In this document: piece by piece, positions 27,312 through 36,566 of the stretch
How the letters are laid out: each line of letters opens with the position of its first letter
Numbering within the stretch: the stretch's first letter is position 1
NCBI GenBank assembly: GCA_044227625.1
Contig: JBGAWL010000001.1
Location: 6,735-70,734 of the forward strand
Reading direction: 5' to 3'
DNA: 64,000 bases
Source: Candidatus Saccharimonadales bacterium
Lineage (GTDB): Bacteria; Patescibacteriota; Saccharimonadia; Saccharimonadales; UBA4665
Made by a program: the position numbers and the translations under genes
Notes under the pieces: generated by a model
The model's input: only the letters and a program-made list of their open reading frames with translations
Databases searched by the model: none
Told to the model about the DNA's origin: nothing

Positions 27312-30129
27312 TTATCTAAGCATGTGCTTGAGGTAATGGCCAGTGTAAGATTGCGACACTATTGCAATCTTTTCGGGGGTGCCTTCGGCGACGATGGTGC
27401 CGCCGGCGTTGCCGCCCTCTGGACCCATGTCTATGAGCCAATCGGCGCTTTTTATGACATCTAGGTTGTGCTCTATAACGACCATGCTATTGCCGGCTGT
27501 CACGAGCGCGTGTAGCACATGAAGCAGCTTTTCAACATCGGCCATATGGAGGCCGGTGGTTGGTTCGTCTAAGATGTAGAGCGTGCGACCAGTAGGTCGA
27601 CGTGACAGTTCGCTGGCAAGCTTTATGCGCTGCGCCTCACCGCCACTGAGCGTGGTAGCCGGTTGGCCAAGGGCTATATAACCGAGCCCAACGTCCACCA
27701 GCGTCTGAAGTTTGCGGGCAATGGCGGGGATGTTTTCAAAGAACTCAAGCGCCTGCTCGCAGGTCATTTCTAGTACGTCACTGATGGTTTTGCCTTTGTA
27801 GTGGATTTCGAGTGCTTCGCGGTTATATCGTTTGCCATGACAGACTTCGCACGGTACGTACACATCGGGCAAAAAGTGCATTTCTATTTTTATGATACCG
27901 TCGCCCGAGCAGTTTTCGCAGCGACCGCCTTTAACATTGAAACTAAACCGTCCGGGTGAATAGCCTCGAAGCTTGGCTTCTGGTACGCCAGCAAACAGTT
28001 CACGGATGGGGGTAAACAAGCCGGTGTATGTGGCCGGGTTGCTGCGCGGCGTGCGGCCTATAGGCGACTGGTCGATAATGATAGCCTTATCGAGGTGCTC
28101 TATCCCCTGAATGTCGTCGTGACGGCCAGGTACGGTGCTGGCGTGGTGCAGACGCGCCTGCAACTCTTTCGCCAAAATGTCGTTGATGAGACTGGATTTG
28201 CCACTGCCGCTCACGCCGCTCACCACTACCAGTTCCCCAAGCGGAATGTCTACTGTCACGTTCTGTAAATTGTTTTCACGCGCGCCAATGATGGAAATGG
28301 TTTTGCCGTTCCCCTTTCGGCGTTTGGCCGGAACAGTAATTTTCTTGACACCTGAAAGATACTGGCCGGTAATGCTGCCTGGGGTCTTTTCGACGTCCGC
28401 AGGCGTACCGTGCGCGACTACATGGCCACCGTGTATACCTGCGCCCGGACCGATGTCGAGCAAATAATCAGCGGTGCGTATGGTGTCTTCGTCGTGTTCA
28501 ACCACCAGCACGGTATTGCCGAGGTCGCGTAGCCGCTTGAGCGTGGTAATAAGTCGACCATTGTCCCGCTGGTGCAGGCCGATACTCGGCTCGTCTAGTA
28601 CATAGAGCACACCCATGAGCCCGGAGCCGATTTGCGTTGCAAGCCGGATACGCTGTGCCTCACCGCCAGAAAGCGTCGTGGCCGAACGGAGCAGCGTGAG
28701 ATAATTCAGCCCGACATCTTGCAGAAACTGCAAACGAGCTGAGATTTCTTTCAGTACCAGCTTGGCAATTTTCATTTCGAGTTCATTCAGCTGGAGGTGC
28801 TTGAAGTAGTCAAGTGCGTCATCGATGGAAAGCTCGCATATGTCCATAATAGACTGGCCGGCAATGGTCACCGCCAGAACTTCGGGCTTGAGCCGCCGCC
28901 CCTCGCAGGCCGCACACGGCTTTTCCTGCATAAAGCGTTCGATGTCGCGGCGCATAAAATCACTTTCGGTTTCTTTGTGCCGGCGCTCTAGGTTTGGAAT
29001 CACCCCTTCATACGTGGAGTTGAAGGCGCGGCCGTGTCCAAGTGAAACTTTGTATATTTCGTCTCCAGTGCCGTACAAAATGCGGTGAAGATTGGCCTCA
29101 GAAATCTGTGCGGTCGGCTCATGCAGCGTGAAGCCATGCTTTTCACCAACCGCCTGAAGTTTGCGCACATACCAATTGTCCATATTGATTCGGTTGTATG
29201 GGCGAATTGCTCCCTTCGGCAATAGTGAGACGACCATTTGGAATGACCAGCTCTGGGTCAACAACCAAGCGACTCCCCAGACCAGTGCAGGTTGGGCATG
29301 CCCCATGCGGGCTATTGAAGCTAAACGTGCGCGGTTCGAGCTCTGGTATGGCTACTTCGGGATGGTCTATGCAGGCGTACATAAGGCTATAGGTTTGCAG
29401 CTCATCGCTGTCGGCGTTTAGTAAAGCCAGTTTGCCTTCGGCAATATCGAGCGCCTGCTCGACGCTTTGCGCGAGGCGCGTGCGTGAAGCTTCGTCGTTT
29501 ACCAGGCGGTCAACCACGACCTGTATGGTGTGACGGATGTTTTTATCGAGCTCCGGAAATTCGTCTAGGGCGTATACAACGCCGTCTACCCGCACACGGG
29601 CAAAACCAGCGCGCTGGTACTGCTCGGGGATATGCTCAAACTGTCCTTTTTTGTCGATGACGATGGGCGCGAGTATCATAAGCCGTGCGCCTTCTGGCGA
29701 TAGCATAACTTGGTCGACGATGTTTGCCGTAGTTTGCCGGGCAACGGGCTTCCCGCACAACGGACAATGTGGCACGCCGATACGCGCGAACAACAGGCGT
29801 AAATAATCATATATTTCGGTCACCGTGGCTACGGTGCTACGGGGGTTCCGTGAGGTCGATTTTTGGTCGATGGAAATTGCCGGACTGAGTCCGTCTATTT
29901 GGTCGACATCGGGCTTTTCCATCAGGCCCAAAAACTGCCGAGCGTAGGCTGATAGCGACTCAACGTAGCGGCGCTGCCCTTCGGCGTAAATGGTGTCGAA
30001 CGCCAAGCTCGATTTACCCGAGCCGCTGAGTCCCGTTATAACCACCAGCTTCTCACGCGGTATGGTCACGTCTATGTTTTTGAGGTTGTGCTCCCGCGCA
30101 CCCTTTACCACTATCTCTTCATGCATCAT
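27312..30129 (-). pseudogene. uvrA: Excinuclease ABC subunit A, interrupted by a single-base frameshift near 29211-29214
   Basis: The N-terminal part (29143-30129) runs from [31 protein letters not shown] to ..RLTIAEG. The C-terminal part continues as [15 protein letters not shown]... in the +1 frame, within ORF 27312-29306. The coding strand reads GAA GGG A GCA ATT CGC. Joined, the two parts give about 936 aa, a normal UvrA length. Confidence 0.85.
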
Positions 30130-30188
30130 AAGTCGGTATAGTATACGCGAACGGCGCGGTTTTTTCTAGCCAAGCTGGTACAATACAG

Positions 30189-30605
30189 GTGATGAAATGG
30201 CGCGAAAATAGAATACTAGTCGATACAGCAGGATACTTGCTGGTGGTCGCGTCTGCGTTAACAGGCTGGCTGCCGGGACCGGGTGGATTGCCACTTTTCA
30301 TTGGTGGGCTGGGCTTGCTGAGCATCCACAACAAATGGGCGCAAGACCTACGTGATTACGTGCTAAAAAATGGCGGAACGTTCGTTCAAAAAATGTTCCC
30401 CAAGAACCTCGTCGCTCAATGGGCGTATGACATAGTCGCTCTTACGCTCTACGTTGCCTCGGCCTACCTGATGTGGACACATGCCGTTTGGTGGCAGGTT
30501 TCAATAGCCGTAAGCTTCTTTTTTGCCGCAACATTCATTGCGCTTATGAACCGAGAGCGGCTCGAGTCGTTGAAACAACGCAGGAAACGCAAAACAAAAC
30601 CATAA
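30189..30605 (+). CDS. PGPGW-motif small membrane protein
   Basis: TGWLPGPGGLPLFIGGLGLL matches the PGPGW transmembrane family. Three to four TM helices and a basic C-terminus. Confidence 0.6.
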   Translation: MMKWRENRILVDTAGYLLVVASALTGWLPGPGGLPLFIGGLGLLSIHNKWAQDLRDYVLKNGGTFVQKMFPKNLVAQWAYDIVALTLYVASAYLMWTHAVWWQVSIAVSFFFAATFIALMNRERLESLKQRRKRKTKP

Positions 30606-30957
30606 ACATTTTACACAACTATATTGATTATTTTATAACTTTGTGATATAATCCACCTCATTAAGCTTGTTTACAGAGGTGGTAAGCGTGTCTATAGAAG
30701 AAACAATTGTACTCGGTCAAATACCAGGAACTGACTACCAACCTGAGCATACGTTTTGGTTTGCCCTTGCCAGTTGTTTGTTTTTACTATGGGTTATGTA
30801 TGAACTATACGTCCGTGTTCATGCCTCCGCAAATAGATCTACCACGACCATTTCAACTCCACCCCAACAGAATGGAATGCATTCCATAGCCTACAGCACG
30901 TTGTCATTAAACACACCGGCCATAAGTTCGGAGTACGTTTTACGAGCGGCAAATCCC

Positions 30958-32400
30958 TCACATCTCTTGGCTTGGAAAAATACTTTCGGCGTACAGCTGC
31001 AGCTCTTCAAGCAGAAAGTGTTTACTTTTGGCCGTTTCTTGGGCAGACAATTCAGTCAAGCGGTGCATAAACTGGCTCAATCGGCTTTGTTCGCCACCAT
31101 CAAACAGCGCATGGTATCGGTGCGCCTCCCAAGCCGAACGCTCCTCGTCATTCAAGCTACGCGAGTAGTTACGCGCCTTGAACAGTGGGAACAAGTCTCT
31201 GAGGCGTTCATCGTGAAAACGAGCCGCCAGCTCTGGCGTGAGCTCCGTCGGCTTCGAAGCGCGCACGACACCGAGTAAATTACAATCGTGACTGTCAAAA
31301 AACCCGTCATACAGGCGGGCATCGACAGTTTGCGTTTTAGCCTGTTGCCGACTATTTTGTTCAGTATCAAGAATAGTAAGTGCCCCCTGAACAGCAACGA
31401 CAAACTCTGGGTGCTTTAAAAGAATTTTATGGTTCGCTGCTATAGTTTCGTGTCGTAACTGAATCCTATCCTGCGAAGCCGCGTCGAGCACACTCAGCGG
31501 CGCAACAGCAGGACAGCGGTTGTACTGCATGGTTTTAACCGGCAGGCGAGCTGGTGCATTTGGCTCTCTTGTCCAACGCCAACGTTCAGCAAGCATCTTG
31601 GCATCCATATCGAGGAACGGTGTTGGGTCATAGCGCAAATCATAAACGAGTGAGCCCTGTTTTTTCGGGTGTTCGCAGAGTCGTACGGCAACGGTCGTTT
31701 TATCGAACTCTGCGTCGTACTTGCCGCTACTGTACACAAATGGTTCCTTCGACTCGGCAAGCTGCTTCACCTTAGATTTGTCGCGGTACTCGAGCAACCA
31801 CTGAAACAGCTTTGGCTGGTGTGTCTGAATAAGTCTGGCTAGTGCTATGCTAGCAGTTACGTCTGCAAGTGCGTCATGAGCGTTACTATGTTCAATGCCG
31901 TTAACCTTGGTAAGCATCTCCAGGCGGTTGCCGGGTTTGCCGTCAACAACTGGCCACTGCAAGCCTTCTGGTCGCAGCGCTCGTGTCATGCGCACCACAT
32001 CCAGCAAATCCCAGCGACTACGCCCGTCCCTCCACTGCCATTCATACGGGTCATAGAAATTTCGGTAGTTAAGGTAGCGCATAAATTCATCGTCAAAGCG
32101 AATACTATTGAAGCCGACGAAAATTGTATCGGGAATTGCGACAGTGTCGTAAAAAATTTTTAAAAACTCAAGCTCAGTGACCCCGTCAGCCAGCGTTTGT
32201 TGCGGTGTTATGCCGGTTAAGAGCACTGCGTCGGGTTCGGGCAGGATATCTTCGCCCAGACGAATAAGTATATTGACCGGTTCACCTATGGGTTCCAAAT
32301 GCAGGTCGGTTCGCTGCCCGGCAAACTGCATCACTCGGTCATCACGCGGGTTTATACCAGATGTCTCAAGGTCATACCAAAAAAAAGTTTGATTGCTCAC
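30958..32400 (-). CDS. sbcB: Exodeoxyribonuclease I
   Basis: 480 aa. DEDDh exonuclease motifs FFWYDLETSGINP, FVGFNSIRFDDEF and HDALADV, plus the ExoI C-terminal domain length. Confidence 0.85.
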   Translation of the reverse strand: MSNQTFFWYDLETSGINPRDDRVMQFAGQRTDLHLEPIGEPVNILIRLGEDILPEPDAVLLTGITPQQTLADGVTELEFLKIFYDTVAIPDTIFVGFNSIRFDDEFMRYLNYRNFYDPYEWQWRDGRSRWDLLDVVRMTRALRPEGLQWPVVDGKPGNRLEMLTKVNGIEHSNAHDALADVTASIALARLIQTHQPKLFQWLLEYRDKSKVKQLAESKEPFVYSSGKYDAEFDKTTVAVRLCEHPKKQGSLVYDLRYDPTPFLDMDAKMLAERWRWTREPNAPARLPVKTMQYNRCPAVAPLSVLDAASQDRIQLRHETIAANHKILLKHPEFVVAVQGALTILDTEQNSRQQAKTQTVDARLYDGFFDSHDCNLLGVVRASKPTELTPELAARFHDERLRDLFPLFKARNYSRSLNDEERSAWEAHRYHALFDGGEQSRLSQFMHRLTELSAQETAKSKHFLLEELQLYAESIFPSQEM

Positions 32401-32478
32401 GTTTTTTAGTCTACCATGCCGGCCTTGCGCGAAACAGCTCGTCTCGCATGAGCATGCGTAGCAAATATACCCAAAATA

Positions 32479-33750
32479 TCAAAACTCTGTTTCGCCGGTA
32501 ATAAAACGCACCGTATCTCCGGGTTTAGCACCCTTGCGGGATAATGCGTGCAGGACTCCCATTTTCTTCAAGATATCACGGAAGCGCCGAACTGATTCTT
32601 CGTTCGTAAAGTCGGTACGGGCAGCAAATTTGTCGATACGTCCGCCAAATGCTTTGTAGCCATTCTCAGTTTTTTCAACCGTCCATTTGTCTGTGGTCGT
32701 CAGACGAAGCACGGGCAAGGCATCTTCGGACTCTTTGACTGCGGCTGCAGTTTTTGCTCGTTCCTCTTGGACAAGCTTGAGCGTGGCATAGAGCAATTCT
32801 TTGGTACCCTGGTGCGCTTGCGACGATATTGCAAATATTTGCGTACCCTTGGGAGTTGCTTTGGCTAGCGCCTTTTCGGCTTCAATAACGAGCTCAGGCA
32901 GACTAAGGTCAACCTTGGTAAGTACGACTATTTTCGTCCGGGATGACAAATCTACAGAGTAGGCTTTCACTTCATTCTCTATGGTTTTGTAGTCCGTAAC
33001 GATATCATTGCTGGTCGCGTCAACCAAATGGAGGAGGACTGCTGTGCGTTCAACGTGCCGGAGAAATTCGTCGCCCAAGCCTTTGCCCTCGGCAGCACCT
33101 TCGATTAGACCAGGTATATCGGCAATTAGCATACTGCCAGCCCCCGGTAGGTCGGCAACTCCGAGGTTCGGTGTAAGCGTTGTAAATGGGTAGTCGGCTA
33201 TTTCTGGGCGCGCATTGCTCACCACTGACAATAACGTAGACTTGCCGGCATTTGGCAGACCCACCAGCCCAACATCGGCGATGAGTTTGAGTTCGAGACG
33301 TAAATTACGTGCTTCGCCCTCGCCACCTGGCTCGGCAAATTTTGGCGCCTGCCTAACGCTACTCACAAAGTGGGCATTTCCATACCCGCCACGGCCCCCG
33401 GCTGCAATGATTGCCTCTTGTCCATCTTGCGACAAATCCACAAGTTCTCTACTGTCCTCAGAGACGACCGTACCGACTGGCACAGCGACACGAAGGTCTT
33501 TGCCACCCCGTCCATGCTTGCGTGTCTTCCCGCCGTCACCCCCGCGCTCTGCCGTGAGTTCGCGGTGATAACGAAAGTCCATGAGCGTGTTTTGGTTTCG
33601 GCTTGCTACAAAAACAATATCGCCGCCCTTGCCGCCGTCGCCACCGTCGGGTCCACCTCGGTCAACGAATTTTTCTTTACGAAAACTGGTTCGGCCATTG
33701 CCGCCGTCGCCCGCTACAACTCGTACTTCAGCTGTGTCTATAAACTTCAC
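32479..33750 (-). CDS. obg: GTPase Obg/CgtA
   Basis: Obg-fold Gly-rich N-terminus (MKFIDTAEVRVVAGDGGNG...GGDGGKGG), G domain (GLPNAGKSTLL, DIPGLIEGA, TKVD) and a C-terminal OCT-like domain. Confidence 0.92.
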   Translation of the reverse strand: MKFIDTAEVRVVAGDGGNGRTSFRKEKFVDRGGPDGGDGGKGGDIVFVASRNQNTLMDFRYHRELTAERGGDGGKTRKHGRGGKDLRVAVPVGTVVSEDSRELVDLSQDGQEAIIAAGGRGGYGNAHFVSSVRQAPKFAEPGGEGEARNLRLELKLIADVGLVGLPNAGKSTLLSVVSNARPEIADYPFTTLTPNLGVADLPGAGSMLIADIPGLIEGAAEGKGLGDEFLRHVERTAVLLHLVDATSNDIVTDYKTIENEVKAYSVDLSSRTKIVVLTKVDLSLPELVIEAEKALAKATPKGTQIFAISSQAHQGTKELLYATLKLVQEERAKTAAAVKESEDALPVLRLTTTDKWTVEKTENGYKAFGGRIDKFAARTDFTNEESVRRFRDILKKMGVLHALSRKGAKPGDTVRFITGETEF

Positions 33751-33773
33751 GTGGGTATTATAACAGAGGTAGG

Positions 33774-34910
33774 CTAACTACGACTAATATAGTTCGGGTA
33801 GGCCCCGACTGAAACAACCGCGTAACCGACTCGGCCAAAGCCGGCGAAGCCGTTCATGTCACTAACTTTCATGGTACCGTTATCGTATACTTCCTCGACG
33901 ATGCCAACATGCCCCGCCCAACCAGCAGGCGTCTGGAAAATAGCCCCGGCTGTGGGCACCGAGCTGACACGCCAACCACTTAACCGTGCATAGTACGCCC
34001 ATGTATTTGCATTACCCCAGTTGCCAGGTGCACCGGAACGAGCAGCAGCATAGTATGTGCACCAGCCCCAGTCGTAGCCATTTGCACCGTAGCGCGGTGA
34101 AAAACTAGCGGCATATACGGACGTTGCATTCGTGTAGGTACGCGTTACAACTGGGATAATTTTACCGTCGCGCACCAAAATACGCTTACCGACGGGCAGG
34201 CCGTTTTCGGCATCGTTGTCCTGAACAATTTTTTCTGCAGACGTATGGTACGCCGTAGCCACACTTTGCGGTGTGTCTCCGGTTTTAACAGTGTAAACCA
34301 GGCCGCTTACCGGAGGAATTACGAGCTTTGTGCCAGCAGTAACACTATCGCCACTGAGACCGTTTGACCAGCGAACACTTTCGGAGGTGATACCAAATTT
34401 CTGTGCGACGGCAGGCACATTTTCCCCGGCAGCAACGGTGTATTCTGCTATATCGCGCCAGCTCTTGAGGCCGGCCGTAATAACCTGGGGTTTTGCAGCA
34501 ACACTTGTGTCACTAGCACTTACAACCACCGCAACACGAGCACTCTGCGCCTGGTTTGCGATGGGGGTGCGTTCGGGAAGGTTGACGGTTTTAGCAATGT
34601 TTGCGGCAACATCAAAAGAAGTCAGCCTGTCGACGGGGCTGACCGCGACCGTTTCTGCGGTGGTTTGCGATGAAAGATTGGCATCGGTATGGGAATGGGA
34701 GCTGGTAATAACAAAGAAGAGCACTCCGCCTAAAAGTACTAGATTTGCCCCTACAAGTCCAAGGCGAACCAACCGTTTTTTAACAGCCTTGCGGCGTAAT
34801 GATTTCTGAAGTCGATTACTTGCCAGTTTTCGTCCCCGTTGGAGACGTTCGGCAGCAATTGACCGTGGATTGTACATGCTAATGATTTTTCTCCTGGCGC
34901 CCATGTTCAA
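33774..34910 (-). CDS. Peptidoglycan hydrolase with two LysM domains and a C-terminal CHAP domain
   Basis: N-terminal TM anchor. LysM repeats YTVAAGENVPAVAQKFG.. and YTVKTGDTPQSVATAYH... CHAP pattern WGWCTYYAA...GHVGIVE. The start is TTG at 34910 or ATG at 34904. Confidence 0.8.
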   Translation of the reverse strand: MNMGARRKIISMYNPRSIAAERLQRGRKLASNRLQKSLRRKAVKKRLVRLGLVGANLVLLGGVLFFVITSSHSHTDANLSSQTTAETVAVSPVDRLTSFDVAANIAKTVNLPERTPIANQAQSARVAVVVSASDTSVAAKPQVITAGLKSWRDIAEYTVAAGENVPAVAQKFGITSESVRWSNGLSGDSVTAGTKLVIPPVSGLVYTVKTGDTPQSVATAYHTSAEKIVQDNDAENGLPVGKRILVRDGKIIPVVTRTYTNATSVYAASFSPRYGANGYDWGWCTYYAAARSGAPGNWGNANTWAYYARLSGWRVSSVPTAGAIFQTPAGWAGHVGIVEEVYDNGTMKVSDMNGFAGFGRVGYAVVSVGAYPNYISRS

Positions 34911-35036
34911 ATTGAACCGGTTAGCCTGAGACTCTTATGCGCGTTTTACGTTATTGTTACTGCGGTACCGGGTACCTTGTTTATATCGCTAGGTACGCAT
35001 AAAAGCATGACCATCGTACTGATGGCTACGCTGTGT

Positions 35037-35064
35037 AGTATAGCAAATTTGCCTGTTTTTGCAA
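35037..35064 (-). promoter_or_regulatory. Sigma70-like promoter for the LysM-CHAP gene
   Basis: Minus strand TTGCAA, 16-nt spacer, TATACT. This leaves a leader of about 120 nt before the start codon. Confidence 0.35.
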
Positions 35065-35087
35065 CCGTGACGCTCATTCTACCCCTG

Positions 35088-36170
35088 TTATTCTTCGCAC
35101 AATTTGTGGCAGTATTTTGCAGCTAATGCCTCGTGTTCAGCTAAGGTCTTGGAAAAATATGTCGTTCCGTTATCGCCGCTGACAAAAAAGAGCCATTCGG
35201 TCGTAGCAGGGCGCGCTACAGCCTGCAAGGAACTTTTACTAACGTTACTAATTGGTGTTGGCGGGAGGCCCGTATGCAAACGGGTGTTGTACGGGCTGTC
35301 ATACGTCACATCTTTCCCCTTACCGGCTAAAATTGAGCCGTAATGTGCGGTAACGTCACTACCGAGCGGCATTTCTATCCGAAGTCGTTTTATAAACACC
35401 TGAGCCGCTTGCGCCTTGTCCTCGGGGTGAATGACTTCTCTTTCAACAATAGAGCTTAAGACGATGCCTTCGTACACCGTAAGCCCCTGCGCCTTAAAGC
35501 CTGCCTCTATTTCTGGTGTTATGTTCTTTTGCAGCTGTAGAATTGACTGTTCTACGATGTCCTTTGCTTTGGTTGAAGCGGTGCGCTGGAATGTTTCGGG
35601 GAAAAGATAGCCCTCTAGGTTTGTGCCTGTCGGTTTTCCGCGAAAGACAGCATTGTTTTCGTACTGTGACGATACTAGCGCCTCGTCGACCTCCTTTTCC
35701 GGAAATCCTTGGTCAACGAGTGCTTGCCGGATTTGGTCAAGCCGCTTGCCGGGAAGTATGGTTACGAGGGTTGTTGCCACCTTACCTCTCGTGAGCTGTG
35801 AGACGATTTCCGGTACCCCCTGATTTTGACTTATTTCGTAAGAACCGGCCTGAAGATACCGGCTGACTTTATGAAATCGTGCATAGTACTGAAATGCCGT
35901 TTCGCTCCGGATTAGTCCCGCTGTTTTGAGTTTTTTTGCAATACTCTGAACCGTATCACCTTGTTCGATTGCGACTGTTTCTGCCCTACTGCCGCCAATG
36001 GGCTTTAGACCCGCCTGGTAACTTCGCCAAAACAAAAGCCCTGCAACAAGGACTACTACGAGCAATACTGCTATGCCGCCAAAAACAATCCTCCAAACAC
36101 TTCGTTTGGGTCTGTGTTTTGCGGCAAATCCATGCATTTTATATGCCATTATTATCTCCTCCTTCGTCAA
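35088..36170 (-). CDS. mltG: Endolytic murein transglycosylase MltG (YceG-like)
   Basis: N-terminal TM helix, LysM-like subdomain and YceG core (EGYLFPETF, ASIVEREV-like SSIVEREV, YNTRLHTGLPPTPISN). Confidence 0.88.
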   Translation of the reverse strand: MTKEEIIMAYKMHGFAAKHRPKRSVWRIVFGGIAVLLVVVLVAGLLFWRSYQAGLKPIGGSRAETVAIEQGDTVQSIAKKLKTAGLIRSETAFQYYARFHKVSRYLQAGSYEISQNQGVPEIVSQLTRGKVATTLVTILPGKRLDQIRQALVDQGFPEKEVDEALVSSQYENNAVFRGKPTGTNLEGYLFPETFQRTASTKAKDIVEQSILQLQKNITPEIEAGFKAQGLTVYEGIVLSSIVEREVIHPEDKAQAAQVFIKRLRIEMPLGSDVTAHYGSILAGKGKDVTYDSPYNTRLHTGLPPTPISNVSKSSLQAVARPATTEWLFFVSGDNGTTYFSKTLAEHEALAAKYCHKLCEE

Positions 36171-36564
36171 AATATCGCTCGAGTATTACAGCTGCTGACA
36201 TGGCGTCTACGTCCGATTTTGAGTAATCCCTGCCTATGGCTCGCAAGGCTGATTCGGCCTCCTCACTGGAAAGCGTCTCGTCAGCAGTTCGTACGGGTAC
36301 GGTCAAAACACTGCTGAGCTCTTGGGCAAATGCGGCGCACTGTTGGCTTTGCTTGCTTTCGCTGCCATCCATATTGCGCGGCACGCCCACCACCACGAGC
36401 CCTATACTCTCCTCGACAATGATACGCTGTATCGCTGCTAACAGATGTTCCGATGCCTGTAGCGTGGTAAGGGGGCGAGGCAACCGTGCAATTTTGTGGG
36501 CAATAGCGAGTCCCACTCGTTTCGAGCCATAGTCTATTGCAAGTATGTACTCGTAAGCCGCCAT
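36139..36564 (-). CDS. ruvX: Holliday junction resolvase-like nuclease RuvX/YqgF
   Basis: ILAIDYGSKRVGLAIA at the N-terminus and a length of about 140 aa match the YqgF family. Confidence 0.85.
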   Translation of the reverse strand: MAAYEYILAIDYGSKRVGLAIAHKIARLPRPLTTLQASEHLLAAIQRIIVEESIGLVVVGVPRNMDGSESKQSQQCAAFAQELSSVLTVPVRTADETLSSEEAESALRAIGRDYSKSDVDAMSAAVILERYFDEGGDNNGI

Positions 36565-36566
36565 GG

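Noticed and set aside
29143-29306. Programmed +1 frameshifting in uvrA
   Set aside because: There is no prfB-like context (no in-frame stop at the shift site and no upstream SD-like stimulator). A G-run indel is the simpler explanation, so recoding is kept only as a minor alternative in the finding.
30667-31278. 203-aa ORF with an SD-like GAGGTGG and one TM helix
   Set aside because: More than half of it runs antisense through the 3' end of the well-supported sbcB gene. Only the first ~95 codons are non-overlapping. It may hide a real small membrane protein that starts at GTG ~30688, but I cannot support it.
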